A stretch of 63,755 bases of DNA, filler included, from Squatina squatina (lineage: Eukaryota): assembly GCA_031763465.1 (NCBI GenBank). It is 4 parts of 4 records of this genome, joined end to end, with 100 filler letters (N's around TTAATTAATTAA, not from the genome) between each part and the next. Parts side by side here need not be neighbours in the genome. Positions count along the whole stretch, not along the records: positions 1 to 13,160 come from JARFOE010000115.1; 3 more parts are not named here. One strand, 5' to 3'. Shown here in pieces: positions 1 to 11,734 of the stretch (its first letter is position 1; every line of letters begins with the position of its first letter). The notes below the pieces were generated by a model. The model did not search any database, was not told the DNA's origin, and saw only the letters and a program-made list of their open reading frames with translations. A program made the translations under genes and the position numbers.

Positions 1-441
1 AGACATATTTTATAGTAAAGCTAGTATTGAAAAATAGACCATTAATGTGCAACATTCACAGAGTAGCTTAAACATAATAGTTCAATTTATCATAATTAAT
101 TTGAACTAATCTGTTATATGTACTCTTATGGCACAAAAACTCAATTATTTACATTCAACGTACTTAACGATTTTTTTTATTTTAGATGAAAAACTTAAAA
201 AGCACCAACTGCTTTAAAAACATCTGAAATTGTTCCACTTAAAAAGGCATAATCCATGCCAGCTGATAGTTATACTGTGTCAGAAAGTGAGCTTTCTATT
301 TACACATCAGCACTACACAAACTTTCAAAAAAAGAAAAATATGCACAAAGTCACACTAACTACAATTTTCCAAGGAAAAAGGTGAAATCAAGCACGAATC
401 TTAACTCTTGCCCGATGACTGCGACACTTTTGGCAAGCTAC

Positions 442-687
442 CTGTTTAATGCTGAGCAGCGATGGCTCTCCTGCAGGTCTCTGCTCCAACCTTAGTTTCA
501 AGCATTCATGAATAACGTTGAGAAGGACTCGGCATAAGACCAAGTAGGCAGGCTGGAAAGATGGGAGTTGCATGGCCTCCAGCTGTTCCCAGGACACGGT
601 GCTGCCTTTCTGCTGTTTGCAAGAAGACGTGTGCGACAGTTCAGGCAGGTAGTCATGACAGCTCAAGGGCTCTGGAACAGCAGAGAA
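442..687 (-). CDS. MAP3K4: MAP3K4 (MEKK4) internal exon
   Basis: 246-bp phase 0/0 exon with AG acceptor and GTAGCT donor. Encodes FSAVPEPL...WEQLEAMQLPSFQPAYLVLCRVLLNVIHECLKLRLEQRPAGEPSLLSIKQ, matching the recalled MAP3K4 N-terminal region. Adjacent to SLC22A/IGF2R as in other vertebrates. Confidence 0.93.
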
Positions 688-984
688 CTGGAATATAGAC
701 AAAAAGCACCGTGAATTCATAATCGTACACTAGAGTTGTATCTGGTTAAACCTTTAGTTATATTGAACAGCGACAGACATGTCAAACCAGTGCATAGCAT
801 TTGACTAGCTATAAAATGGCCATTAACGTGGTATCTGCCATTGTATGTGTTGAACTACTATTCCAGATGTCCCTTCGCTCCCTTCTCTTTGAGGAAGTAA
901 TGAATAGGAGTATACTAACCCAAAAAACTAGCAGAAAGCTGACCAACTGATATTTTGCATCAGTCTTTATGAACATAAAAAAAT

Positions 985-1160
985 GCGGGGGAGGAATTAA
1001 ATACCACCACCATCACTAGAGAATTAGTATTAGGCAAACTAATTGGGCTAAAGGCAGATAAGTCCCCTGGCCCTGATGGCTTGCATCCTAGGATCCTAAA
1101 AGAAGTGGCTAGCGAATGCATTGGTTGTAATCTTCCAAAAATCCTTAGATTCTGGAGAAG
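985..1160 (+). mobile_element. CR1-clade LINE ORF2 fragment
   Basis: Translates GKLIGLKADKSPGPDGLHPRILKEVA, the typical CR1 pre-RT motif. Confidence 0.85.
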
Positions 1161-1260
1161 NNNNNNNNNNNNNNNNNNNNNNNNNNNNNNNNNNNNNNNN
1201 NNNNNNNNNNNNNNNNNNNNNNNNNNNNNNNNNNNNNNNNNNNNNNNNNNNNNNNNNNNN

Positions 1261-2885
1261 AAGATCATCTTTTGGAGGCAGAGGACATAGCTGAGGTACT
1301 AAGTAAGTACTTTGCCTCAGTCTTCACAAAAGAAGGGGATGTTACCAATGTCACAGTAAAGGAGAAGATAGTGGAGATCTTGGATAGGATAAAAATAAAG
1401 AGGAAGTACTTAAAAGGTTGGCAGTACTCAAAGTAGAAATGTCACCTGGTCCGGATGGGATACATCCTAGATTGCTGAGTGAAGGGTAAAAATTTCGGAG
1501 GCTCTGGCCATAATCTTCCAATCCTCGTTGGATATAGGAGTGGTGCCAGAAGACTGTAGAATTGCAAATATTACACCCCTGTTCAAAACTCAGCAACAGC
1601 GGAGAGAGACAAACCCAGCAGCTAATCAGTGTAACGTCGGTGGTGGGGAAACTTTTAGAGATAATAATCTGAGACAAATTTAATTGGCACCTGGAAAACT
1701 ATGGGTTAATAACTGAAAGCCAGCACAAATTTCTTAAAGGCAAATTGTGTTTGACTAACTTGACTGAGTTCTTTGATGTAATGGAGAGAGCTGATGAGGG
1801 TAGTGTGGTTGATGTGTATATGGGCTTTCAAAAGGCTTCTGAGTACCACATAATAGACTTGTTAGTAAAATTGAAGCCCATGGAAATAAAGGGACAGGTG
1901 CAGTGTGAATATGATACTGAGTAAGGGACAGAAAGCTGAGAGTAGTAGTAAACAATTGTTGTTCAGACTGGAGGGAGGTATGCAGTGGTGTTCCCCAGGG
2001 CTCAGTATTAGGACCACTGCTTTTTTTTAATATTAATGACCTGGACTTGGGTGTACAAGGCATAATTCCAAAATTTGCAGATGATGCAAAACTTGGAAAT
2101 GTAGGAATCAGCGAGGAGGTTAGTAACAGACTTCAAGAGGACATAGACACAAATGTGAAGTAATACATTTAGGTAGGAAGAATAAAGAGAGGCAATATAA
2201 ACTAAATGGTACAATTTTAAAGGGGGTGCAGGACAGGGACCTGGGGGTGTATCTACACAAATCTTTGAATGTGACAGGTCAAGTTGAAAAAGCTGTTAGA
2301 AAAACATATGGGATCCTTGGCTTTAGAGACAAGCATACAAAAGCAAGGAAGTTATGCTAAACCATTATAAAACACTGGTTAGGCCCCAGCTGGAGTAATG
2401 TGTCCTGTTCTGGGCACCACACTTTAGGAAGGATATCAAGGTCTTGGAGTGGAGATTTACTAGATTAGTTCCAGGGACAAGAGATTTCAGTTATGTGGAG
2501 AAACTGGGTTGTTCCCCAAGCAGAAAAAGCAAAGAGGAGATTTTATAGAGGTGTTCACAATCATGATAGAGTAAATAGAGAAACTTCCAGTGGCAGAAGG
2601 GTCAGCAACCAGAGGACACCGATTTAAGGTAATTGGCAGAAGAATATGAGGGGGAAAAAATGTACGCAGCACGTTTGTTATGAATGGAATGCAGTGCCTG
2701 GAAGGGTAATGAAAGCAGATTCAGTAGCAACTTTCAAAAGGGAATTGGATAAATAATGAAGGGGAAAAGATTGCAGGGCTAGGGGGAAAGAGCAGTGGTG
2801 TGGGACTAATTGGATAGCTCTTTCAAAGAGCTGACACAGGCACAGTGGGATCCTTCTTTGCAATATTAATCTATGATTCTATGAT
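1261..2885 (+). mobile_element. Degenerate CR1 LINE, RT domain to 3' tail
   Basis: SPGPDGIHPRLL, SGVPQGSVLGPLLF and KFADDAKL motifs interrupted by stops and frameshifts. Ends in an (ATTCTATG)-type tail at about 2866-2885. Confidence 0.93.
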
Positions 2886-5655
2886 GTGACTGCATTGTTG
2901 GGCACTGAGAGTATTTGATAGAGCAGAGCATGTCAGTGCTGCTAGCAGTGGAAAGTAGAATATTATAGGTTCACTGGCAAATTTGTATCTATAGACATAT
3001 TTAAAAGGGGACATCTGCCTCTTTTTTTCTAGACAGGAAGTGGAATGTTATTTGTTCCTTTTGTCTGTGATACACCATGGCAGATTAAAAGTACTATTAA
3101 ATTTGGCTCCAAAACTGCTGTCAAAGCATGTAAAGAATGTCAAGAAGATTCTTTATATTGGTGATCCTTTGTTTGTCAGTGTCTATTCAGCTCNNNNNNN
3201 NNNNNNNNNNNNNNNNNNNNNNNNNNNNNNNNNNNNNNNNNNNNNNNNNNNNNNNNNNNNNNNNNNNNNNNNNNNNNNNNNNNNNNNNNNNNNGCACACT
3301 TCTAAAAAATCACTGAGCTGGTTGAATTGTCGTGCCCTCCACTTGGTTAAAAAATACCCACTGAGAAACACAGCAAAACTATGGGCCCTGCAGGTAGAAT
3401 TGTAATGCATATTGACAGAAGAGAGTTAATTAATTAACAATTACCTTCCCTTTGATAGGGATTTACAGGAAACCATCTTCTATCTTTTACTGTTATCAGC
3501 TTAGTCTAAAGGTTAACATTTCACAACAGCTCAGGTGCATCTGCCCGATGGTATTGATGTGCCATTTCACTGTGAAAACCTGAAGTAAAATTTACTGTCA
3601 CAACAAACTACAAAAAGATTTGAGCCCTGCCAGGCAAAAATAAATTGTATTTCCAAAAGCAACACGTGCCATGTGTTTACAAGGAAGGTTTCAACAGTTT
3701 TTTTTATTCTTGTCCATTTCCAACAGCAACTCGCATTTAAATAGTGCCTTTAACACAGTAAATGTCTCAAGGGGATTCGCAGAGCAACGAGCAGTAATAG
3801 GAGTAGAACTGAGGCACGGTCATGNNNNNNNNNNNNNNNNNNNNNNNNNNNNNNNNNNNNNNNNNNNNNNNNNNNNNNNNNNNNNNNNNNNNNNNNNNNN
3901 NNNNNNNNNNNNNNNNNNNNNNNNCTGACGTCACGATCTGTGTGATGCCAAGGTCCTTGGCGATTGCGTTCAGTGACAGCTCTATCGGCAACACCTATAT
4001 GGCGTGCGGTGCTGGAACCGGCATCAGGTGGCGTTAAAACTCTCAATGGCATTTTAGCACCATCTCGTGGCTCTGACGTGTGGCAAAAACCACACAATTT
4101 CCTCCCCCATTGTCTTTTGGATGGTAATTTTGCTGTATTAAATATTGGCTCTACTTTCACAGCGATGTTAATGGGAAACAGTTTTATCACTAGCTGCTCA
4201 CATTGTTGTAGAGCTGGGGAAGAGCAAAGCTTCGTGCAGGAATAGTTTGACACAAGCAAGGAATGTTACTCAGTGGGTAATGTGATTTTCAATGACTGAA
4301 AAGAGCTGAGGAGATGCTCAGTTGCTTCTGAGGTTGTGCTTTTGGTTATCACAGCATGAATGGCCTCACAGTTTTATTTTCATGTGAGGCTTTGCAGCGA
4401 GCACTTTTAACTACAGATCCTTGCTGCTACCAGCGCACCTGTCACAGATAGCTTCACGGACAATGAAAGGAGCAGTATTTCCCCAAATTTTATGCCACAA
4501 AAGGGAAGTACAGTGCTCTGGGAACTGTGTAGAAATGATAGATTTATACAGACTTCCCAGCACAAAACAGGTACAGATTCAAGGCCAACTTCTACAAGCT
4601 CTGAGAACTTTGTAAGAGTTTCCAGGGAGAGTTCTTGCGATGCAAGCACAGAAATGGACCAAAACAGGAATAAAGCTTGATTTTTATAGAAACTGTTCTA
4701 AAAAAATGACTGTTGCCCTTGAATGGCATTGTGCTGAAAGTTCTAAATTTCAAATGTTATCAGAGCCCCGCTGGGTTAGATTGCAGCTTCACTGTTTTAC
4801 CTATAAACTACCTGAAGCCCTCAAAGGGTTTTGTCAAAAATCAAATCATTTTAATTCACTTGCTTATAATAAACAATATTAAAAATAATATAGAAACATA
4901 GGGGAAATTTTTGAGAGTTAGCAGTTCCAATGGGTGGGCAGATTGAATAATTCAAATTAATAACCTTAAATTGAGCTGGCTGCATCTCGGCACACTGATC
5001 TCCGTGCCTGATTCTTCGATTTGCTTTAGTTTGGATGTAAAGTTTACACCATAAAATACAATTGATTTAATGCAGTACAGTTTCGAAGAGGTCACTGTAA
5101 GAGAATGAAGGACAGGTTTACAGGCCAAATNNNNNNNNNNNNNNNNNNNNNNNNNNNNNNNNNNNNNNNNNNNNNNNNNNNNNNNNNNNNNNNNNNNNNN
5201 NNNNNNNNNNNNNNNNNNNNNNNNNNNNNNTTTATATGAATGAAGGCAGTGGGAATGCAATTGAACAACGAGCTGGCTCACCTGATAGAGCTGTGAGCAG
5301 TCAAGAGTGGTCCACTACAGCGCCTCCAGTCAGCTGTCAGCGCCTCCAACAGCGCCACACCTGGTCAAATGGAAAACGTTACCGAATTTCGCAACCCTAT
5401 GATGCTATTGACGCTGGGCACTGCTTCAGCGCTAAACAGTGGTGCACCGTTTCTAAGGCTACCCAATTTTGGCCCCTATTGTCTGGATTATTGGTCTAGG
5501 CCTCTGGATTACTAGTCTGATGAACATAACGACTGCACTACCATTCCCAATATGATATTATCAGACAGAATGATGAAAAGCATCACAGTTCCAATCATTT
5601 ATTGAACATAAGGACCGTTTACCAGAGATCGTCTACTTCGAACACAGGTTCTTAC

Positions 5656-5810
5656 TTAAGACGTAGGCACACAGCCAACCTCCCCTGCTGAATAGGCCTT
5701 GCAGAGAGCGGAAGATTACAAGCCAGGTGTAGGTTGGGGAGAATGCCAGTAGAAGACCAGACAGTGAGGTCACAAACGTCGCAAACAAGAAGCAAGGCTT
5801 CCTGCCAAAT
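5656..5810 (-). CDS. SLC22A2: Organic cation transporter SLC22A2-like, exon 3 equivalent
   Basis: 155-bp exon with AG/GTAAG sites: FGRKPCFLFATFVTSLSGLLLAFSPTYTWLVIFRSLQGLFSRGGWLCAYVL. SPTYTW..IFR is OCT1/2-like. Paralog assignment is less certain than family. Confidence 0.85.
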
Positions 5811-5911
5811 CTACAAAAAAAAAGGTTTTATGCAGGAAATATGAAGAAAATCACTCCAGTGTCGAAATTTTTAAATAAGTAGAGGACATTGGAGATGAGG
5901 ATGATACATAC

Positions 5912-6015
5912 ATGTCCGCTGTGTAGCCCATGAGAATCGTTCCAAACATAAATCCCAGGTTTAGACAAGCTTGAGTCAGGTCCACTTTCCAGGCATCAGC
6001 ACACACCAGTTCAAA
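5912..6015 (-). CDS. SLC22A2: Organic cation transporter SLC22A2-like, exon 2 equivalent
   Basis: 104-bp exon with AG/GTATGT sites: [34 protein letters not shown]. Splices in frame across a 101-bp intron to 5810. Confidence 0.85.
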
Positions 6016-6487
6016 CTACAAATTGTGGAGCCAGGTAAACAACATTATTATGAAAAACACACACATATTTTACAGCATCAGCTGAATTTAACTTCTATCA
6101 TACGCCCAGTGTCTTAGGATGTTAATAAAAATAACACAGCATCTGAAAAATGGAACAGGAAAAGGCCATTCAGCCCATCACATAAAATTATATAGAATGT
6201 ACAGCACAGAAACAGGCCATTCGGCCCAACTGGTCAATGCTGGTGATTATGCTCCCACCTTACCTCAGCTCATCCTATCAACATATCCTTTCATTACTTT
6301 CTTCCTCATGTACTTATCTAGCTTCCCTTAAATACATCTATATGATCACCCTGAGGAATCCANNNNNNNNNNNNNNNNNNNNNNNNNNNNNNNNNNNNNN
6401 NNNNNNNNNNNNNNNNNNNNNNNNNNNNNNNNNNNNNNNNNNNNNNNNNNNNNNNNNNNNNNATTGCATGAAATACAAGATCCTCAC

Positions 6488-6600
6488 CAAAAACCACAAG
6501 AGGCATTCCCATCCAGATATCTGCCAGTCTGTACACAATGAATGGGGCGGCAATCCCTCCAATGTCACACAGCGATGAGCACACTGAAACACCAAGATTC
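6488..6600 (-). CDS. SLC22A2: SLC22A2-like exon 9 equivalent
   Basis: 113-bp exon with AG/GTGAG sites: [37 protein letters not shown], including the CDIGGI OCT signature. Confidence 0.87.
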
Positions 6601-6820
6601 CTGTTAAAAAAAAATGCACTTTTACCTACACATGAAGTAGGTTTTCCATTTTCTGAGAACTGAATACTTCCAGCAAATCAGGTTTCATCTTTACGTTACA
6701 CGTCAAGAGAATGGGTCACGTAGATAGATGCTCAGTGTAATCGAGGACTATAATTTAATTAAAAGATTCATTAAAGGACTGCTGTTTCCATGTCGAGAAT
6801 AGTTTCTATTCAGCACGCAC

Positions 6821-6929
6821 CTTATAAATGTTGGGTATAATTCAGCATTTACAAATACCACCATTTCGAAGCTTATAGTGATTCCTAGTTTACCCACAAA
6901 GGCTATTGCTGTTGCTAGCCAACTGATAT
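6821..6929 (-). CDS. SLC22A2: SLC22A2-like exon 8 equivalent
   Basis: 109-bp exon with AG/GTGCGT sites: ISWLATAIAFVGKLGITISFEMVVFVNAELYPTFIR, including the ELYPT motif. Confidence 0.87.
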
Positions 6930-8017
6930 CTGAATTGGAAAAATAAATAAAAGTACAATTAGCAATATTCACATTTCAATTACGAGGTAATCATTTTTTA
7001 AACTAATTACATTTTTTTTTAAGTTTCTTATGAATTTTTATTTTTATTAAAATGGATAAATTTGATGATGCACAAAATGAAAATTAGTTTTTCAGGTCCA
7101 TAATTACACTTAATCCCTTTGGGTCTGACTTTTAATGGGGTATTTAACAGCATCATTACTGCGGAATAGCCAAAGTTTTTATCCGTTTCAATGTTTTGAG
7201 AGATCTCACTGATTGCTAGCTCTGGGGGCGGGGTGGTTTTTGGGTGGGGTGGGCAAGGGTGCGGTGGGTGGTGGTGGTGGTGGAGGGGTAGGGTGCAGTT
7301 TGGTGTAGCAGATCAGGAATTTAGGGATAAAGCCACTCATACCAGCTCAGGAAAAAAAGAACTTTCACGTTTGAAATGGTAAGAAGGTTTTAAATTCCAT
7401 CAGCTGACCACCCAATGTTACCTTTTTATTTTTATCTGTCCCTCTGTCTCTAATTTTGCATTTATTTTCCAATTTTGCATTTATTTTCCTATTTTGCAGG
7501 CTACAGCTCCTGTGAGCATCCCTGTATCATCAAAGTTCATGCCAAATGGTACTGGGTTCAGCATATCATTGCAGTCTCCACCTATAATTTTTAAAGGTTC
7601 ACAGGTGAGTATTGTACAATCTAGTTGTGTTCATACATTATTCACATACCTCCAGCGTAACCCAGACTGACAACCAGGATGATTACAAGGTATTGCCCCT
7701 TTTAGCCATTTTTGACATTGGTATTGGGACGTCACTCATATTGCAAATACCTTTGGGCTATTGCTATCTCTCTTGTAAAAATGTTTATAGGACTGATTTT
7801 TGCAGCACAATATCAGCCGTATGTTGGAGAAAGAAAGAGATAAACCAGCAACCACGGGCCTAGTATTATAGGTCCCATGCTGACATTCACATCTTTAGGC
7901 ATTCCCCAAGCCTTACTNNNNNNNNNNNNNNNNNNNNNNNNNNNNNNNNNNNNNNNNNNNNNNNNNNNNNNNNNNNNNNNNNNNNNNNNNNNNNNNNNNN
8001 NNNNNNNNNNNNNNNNN

Positions 8018-8305
8018 ATCTGAGGAGTTACGAATGGAACTGAATACTGTGCAGTTATCAGCGAACATCCCTACTTCTGACCTTATGATGGAGAGAAGGT
8101 CATTGATGAACCAGATGAAGATGGTTGGGCCTGGGACACTGCCCTGAGGAACTCCTGCAGCAGTGTCCTGGAGCAGAGATGATTGACCTCCAACAACCAC
8201 AACCATCTTCCTTTGTGCTAGGTATGACTCCAGCCATTAAACAGTTTTTCCACTGATTCCCATTGATTCAATTTTACTAGGGCTCCTTGATGCCACACTG
8301 TCAAA
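8018..8305 (-). mobile_element. CR1/L2-group LINE RT fragment
   Basis: AGVPQGSVPGPTIF...VGMFADNCT reverse transcriptase motifs. Confidence 0.85.
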
Positions 8306-8530
8306 TCCATAGGGTGGTGGAAACTGATTCAAAAGGGAATTGGGTAAATACTTGGAGGAAAGAGATTGCAGGGAGTGGAACTTACTGGATTGTTCTTTGA
8401 AAGAGCCGGTACAGACTCAATGACGAAATGGCCTCCTTCTGTTCTGTATTATTCTATTCTAACTATATGGTAGACACCTGATTAAGTTCATTAGTCTGGG
8501 ACTGGATTAGAATCCCAGTGTGGTACCTAC

Positions 8531-8745
8531 TCTCGGGTATGAACGCCGCGATCAAACAGGAGGCCCCCGACAACAGACCACCTGTCGCAAATGGAAGGCG
8601 CCGTCCAATCCGCTCAATAACTAAAAGGATGAGGATTGCTGCCGGGATCTCCACCGCTCCTGAGATGAAGAAGTCAAGGTAAATGTTTCCTCCCAGAGTT
8701 CCCAAACGCATGACAAGCCCTTGGTACACCAAGGCACAAGTGAAC
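8531..8745 (-). CDS. SLC22A3: Organic cation transporter SLC22A3-like, exon 7 equivalent
   Basis: 215-bp exon with AG/GTAGGT sites: [68 protein letters not shown] and ERxGRRLPFA are OCT3-like. Confidence 0.85.
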
Positions 8746-8814
8746 CTGAAATGAAGTTGCATACGAGTTAGTCAAGTGGTATCTTGCTGAGTGCTGAACC
8801 AAGGATGTTCTAGT

Positions 8815-9479
8815 AGACAATATGCCATTACTAAGATCACCGTAGACCGTGTGCCATTTCCAAGGTCACCGTAGACTGTGTGCCATTACCAAGGTCACCG
8901 TTGGCCAGACGCCATTGCTAAGATCACCGTAGGCCAAAGGCCATTGTCAAGATCACCATAGGCCAGACGCCATTACCAAGGTCACCGTAGGCCATGTGCC
9001 ATTGCTGAGATCACCGTGGACAGTGTGCCATTGCTGAGATCACCGTAGAACATATGCCATTGCTAAGATTACCGCAGGCCATACGCCATTACTAAGATCA
9101 CTGTAGACCATACTCCATTGCTAAGATCGCAGTAGGCCGTGTGCCATTGCTAAGATCACCATAAGCCATACGCCATTGCCAAGATCACAGTAGGCCATAT
9201 GCTATTGCTGAGATCACCGTTGACCGTGTGCCATTGCTAAGACCACCGTAAACTGTATGCCATTGCTAAGATTACCGTAGGCCATACTCCATTGCTAAGA
9301 TCACAAACCATTTGCCATTACTAAGATCACTATAGACCACACACCATTGCTAAGATCACCGTACACCATATGCCAATGCTAATATCACTGAAACCATGTA
9401 CCATTGCTGAGATCACCGTAGGCCATACGCCATTGCTGAGATCACCGTAGACCATATGCCATTGCTGAGATCACCATAG
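8815..9479. repeat. 29-bp minisatellite, about 22-23 copies, runs into a gap
   Basis: Tandem degenerate units of GCCATTGCTAAGATCACCGTAGACCATAT. Confidence 0.95.
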
Positions 9480-10004
9480 NNNNNNNNNNNNNNNNNNNNN
9501 NNNNNNNNNNNNNNNNNNNNNNNNNNNNNNNNNNNNNNNNNNNNNNNNNNNNNNNNNNNNNNNNNNNNNNNNNNNNNNNTTCAATAAATATTAATGCAAA
9601 AGGGCAGTGCTTCATGGAAGCTAATCGAAGATACTGAGCTGCAAAGTAACAAACATTCTTACTCTGTTCCCCTGCCTTTTGTTTTGTAGAGAGTCAGGTC
9701 AAAGTTAAAGAAGGCATCGCAGAGCTCTTTGCAATATTTGGGTGCAATAACTATTGCCCCAAAGACATGGCCATGTGCACAAGCTTTTTTATTTAATATA
9801 TAAACACCCTTTTGGCATTTGCTAGGAAATCAGCAAAGATTTGTCTCTTTACACGTCATTGTAAACAATCAGGAGTGTTTATGCAGTTCCCTTGTGTATA
9901 ATTTGCAGAAATCAGCAGGGTTATTCAAACATTCAGCAGAGTAAATGACAGGCAGACTCCTCTCATCCAGGTCTGTCAAGCTGGTCAGTATTTAGGCACA
10001 ATGG

Positions 10005-10454
10005 CTAAACCTTTAGCATGTCCTCATCACTGTCATGAAAAGTTACATCTGTGGAGTTGTTTTTCGGCCTGTTCCGCTTCATTCGTGGATTTGATTTTGA
10101 TTTTCCCTTGCTCTCCTTCCTTTCGTTATGCAAACCAAGCAAATCCTCATCACTTTCATCATGAAAGTGCTTGTTCTGTGGGTGCCACTGCTTTGGTCTG
10201 CCCGTGGCTGTTGACTGTCCTGTCCTGGTAGAGTTGACTTTCACTTGTGGCACGGTCAAAACCTCATCTTCACTGTCCTGATCATCCAATGGGAATGAAC
10301 TAAAAACATCAGCATTTACAGCTTTAGTGACAACATGGTTCAGGCCATTTTCAGGGCACTCTTTTGCTGGTGTCCGTCCACTCTCGTCAGATGATGTGAC
10401 TTCTTCCATCAACCATTCGGTCTCATTTTCATCACCCTCCTCTTCACCATTAAT
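10005..10454 (-). CDS. IGF2R: IGF2R (cation-independent mannose-6-phosphate receptor) terminal coding exon, cytoplasmic tail
   Basis: AG acceptor, then INGEEEGDENETEWLMEEV...DDQDSEDEVLTVPQVKV...FHDSDEDMLKV followed by a stop codon. Confidence 0.96.
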   Translation of the reverse strand: MNGEEEGDENETEWLMEEVTSSDESGRTPAKECPENGLNHVVTKAVNADVFSSFPLDDQDSEDEVLTVPQVKVNSTRTGQSTATGRPKQWHPQNKHFHDESDEDLLGLHNERKESKGKSKSNPRMKRNRPKNNSTDVTFHDSDEDMLKV

Positions 10455-11150
10455 CTGATGGAGAGAAAAAAAAAAATTACTTTTCGCCCTCATTTCAGTG
10501 AGATTCCAGCCAGACAAATTGAATCATTAGCACAAAGTTGTATTTTGCAGCAAAGTTCCAGCCCTGCCTGTCATCAGTCTGCACACACAATTCCAATGCA
10601 ACAACCTCAGCTAATCTCATTTAACTGGTCACCCAGCTGTTAGACACCCTCAGTCACATGACAAAGGGCAGTGAATTGATTCTACTAATCCTTCAACCAC
10701 TGTGGCTGTTAGTATAGAGCAGCACATTTAAGCAATTTTGCAGATAAGTACTTGTGTGAAAAGCCATTTGGCTCACTCTTTCATATATGCCATCGCCTCA
10801 TTACAGCACTATTTGCTGTTGGAATTACTCCACTTTTTGCCTCCACTAGCAGACCATTCTAAGTCAAGATCACTGTGTGAAGAGGTGCTTCCTAACATTG
10901 GAATCTGCCGTTATCAGTTTGTACCTATATCTGCTTGTCCTACAGATGTGGCTTAACTTCAAATAATCTACTGTTCTGTGACTCTTTGGCAGTTCCATTA
11001 ACTTTTTCTNNNNNNNNNNNNNNNNNNNNNNNNNNNNNNNNNNNNNNNNNNNNNNNNNNNNNNNNNNNNNNNNNNNNNNNNNNNNNNNNNNNNNNNNNNN
11101 NNNNNNNNNCCAAACAAAATTCATGGATGTAATCATTATTTTGTTCATAC

Positions 11151-11309
11151 CTTCTTTCCTGTTTGTAAAGTAACAAGATGAGTAGGCAGGCAGTCAGCAC
11201 CACCAATAACACACTAAGCACTGCCCCCACAGCTCTGCTCCTTCCAGACAAGCCTGTGGTATCGTCTCCACTCTGTGACCTACCATCTGGAATCTCAGGA
11301 TTGACTGAC
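11151..11309 (-). CDS. IGF2R: IGF2R transmembrane exon
   Basis: 159-bp exon: ...[35 protein letters not shown], with AG/GTATG sites. Confidence 0.96.
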
Positions 11310-11547
11310 CTGTACAAAAGAGGAAAAAGACAATATCAGGCAGCTCACTCTCCGATCAGGGGGGAGGGAGGAGAGGCGGCTTCGAACTTCTGAAAGCTTC
11401 AGCAGAGAATTCTCAATACATGAAGCTGACTGTTTTCCCAGCACTATTTAAACAATTCAGCAACTACGCAAAAATGCAACACTAAAGGAGAAATATTGAA
11501 AATCAGTCTTCTGCTGCTTAAATCTATAAACAGCTGGAAAAACTCAC

Positions 11548-11734
11548 GTAAGTGCACAGACAGTCGAAGTGTACCATGTAAACAAGTACTGGCAGTCTGA
11601 AGTCTCATGAAGGAAGTCAGGTTTCCCTTCCCCTGCTAACTGACTGCAGTGGAGAAGTATGGTAGAAGAGACGTTCTTGGATTTATCGCGGCCACACACA
11701 GAGTTAGAAGAAAAAACTACATCCAGGTCATCAT
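11548..11734 (-). CDS. IGF2R: IGF2R exon, MRH domain 15 C-terminal part
   Basis: 187-bp exon: [28 protein letters not shown]...[20 protein letters not shown], with AG/GTGAG sites. Confidence 0.95.

Noticed and set aside
688-5650. Apparent absence of PLG between SLC22A and MAP3K4
   Set aside because: Most of the locus is missing from this fragmented scaffold, so absence is uninformative.
8815-9479. CRISPR-like periodicity
   Set aside because: Units are contiguous with no unique spacers, there are no cas genes, and the context is vertebrate.
10820-10985. Candidate for the missing short IGF2R exon (KLSHICRTSRYRYK)
   Set aside because: No phase-compatible donor, and the frame continues RYKL...NVRKHLFTQ like a CR1 C-terminus. 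The real exon is probably in the gap at 11010-11109.
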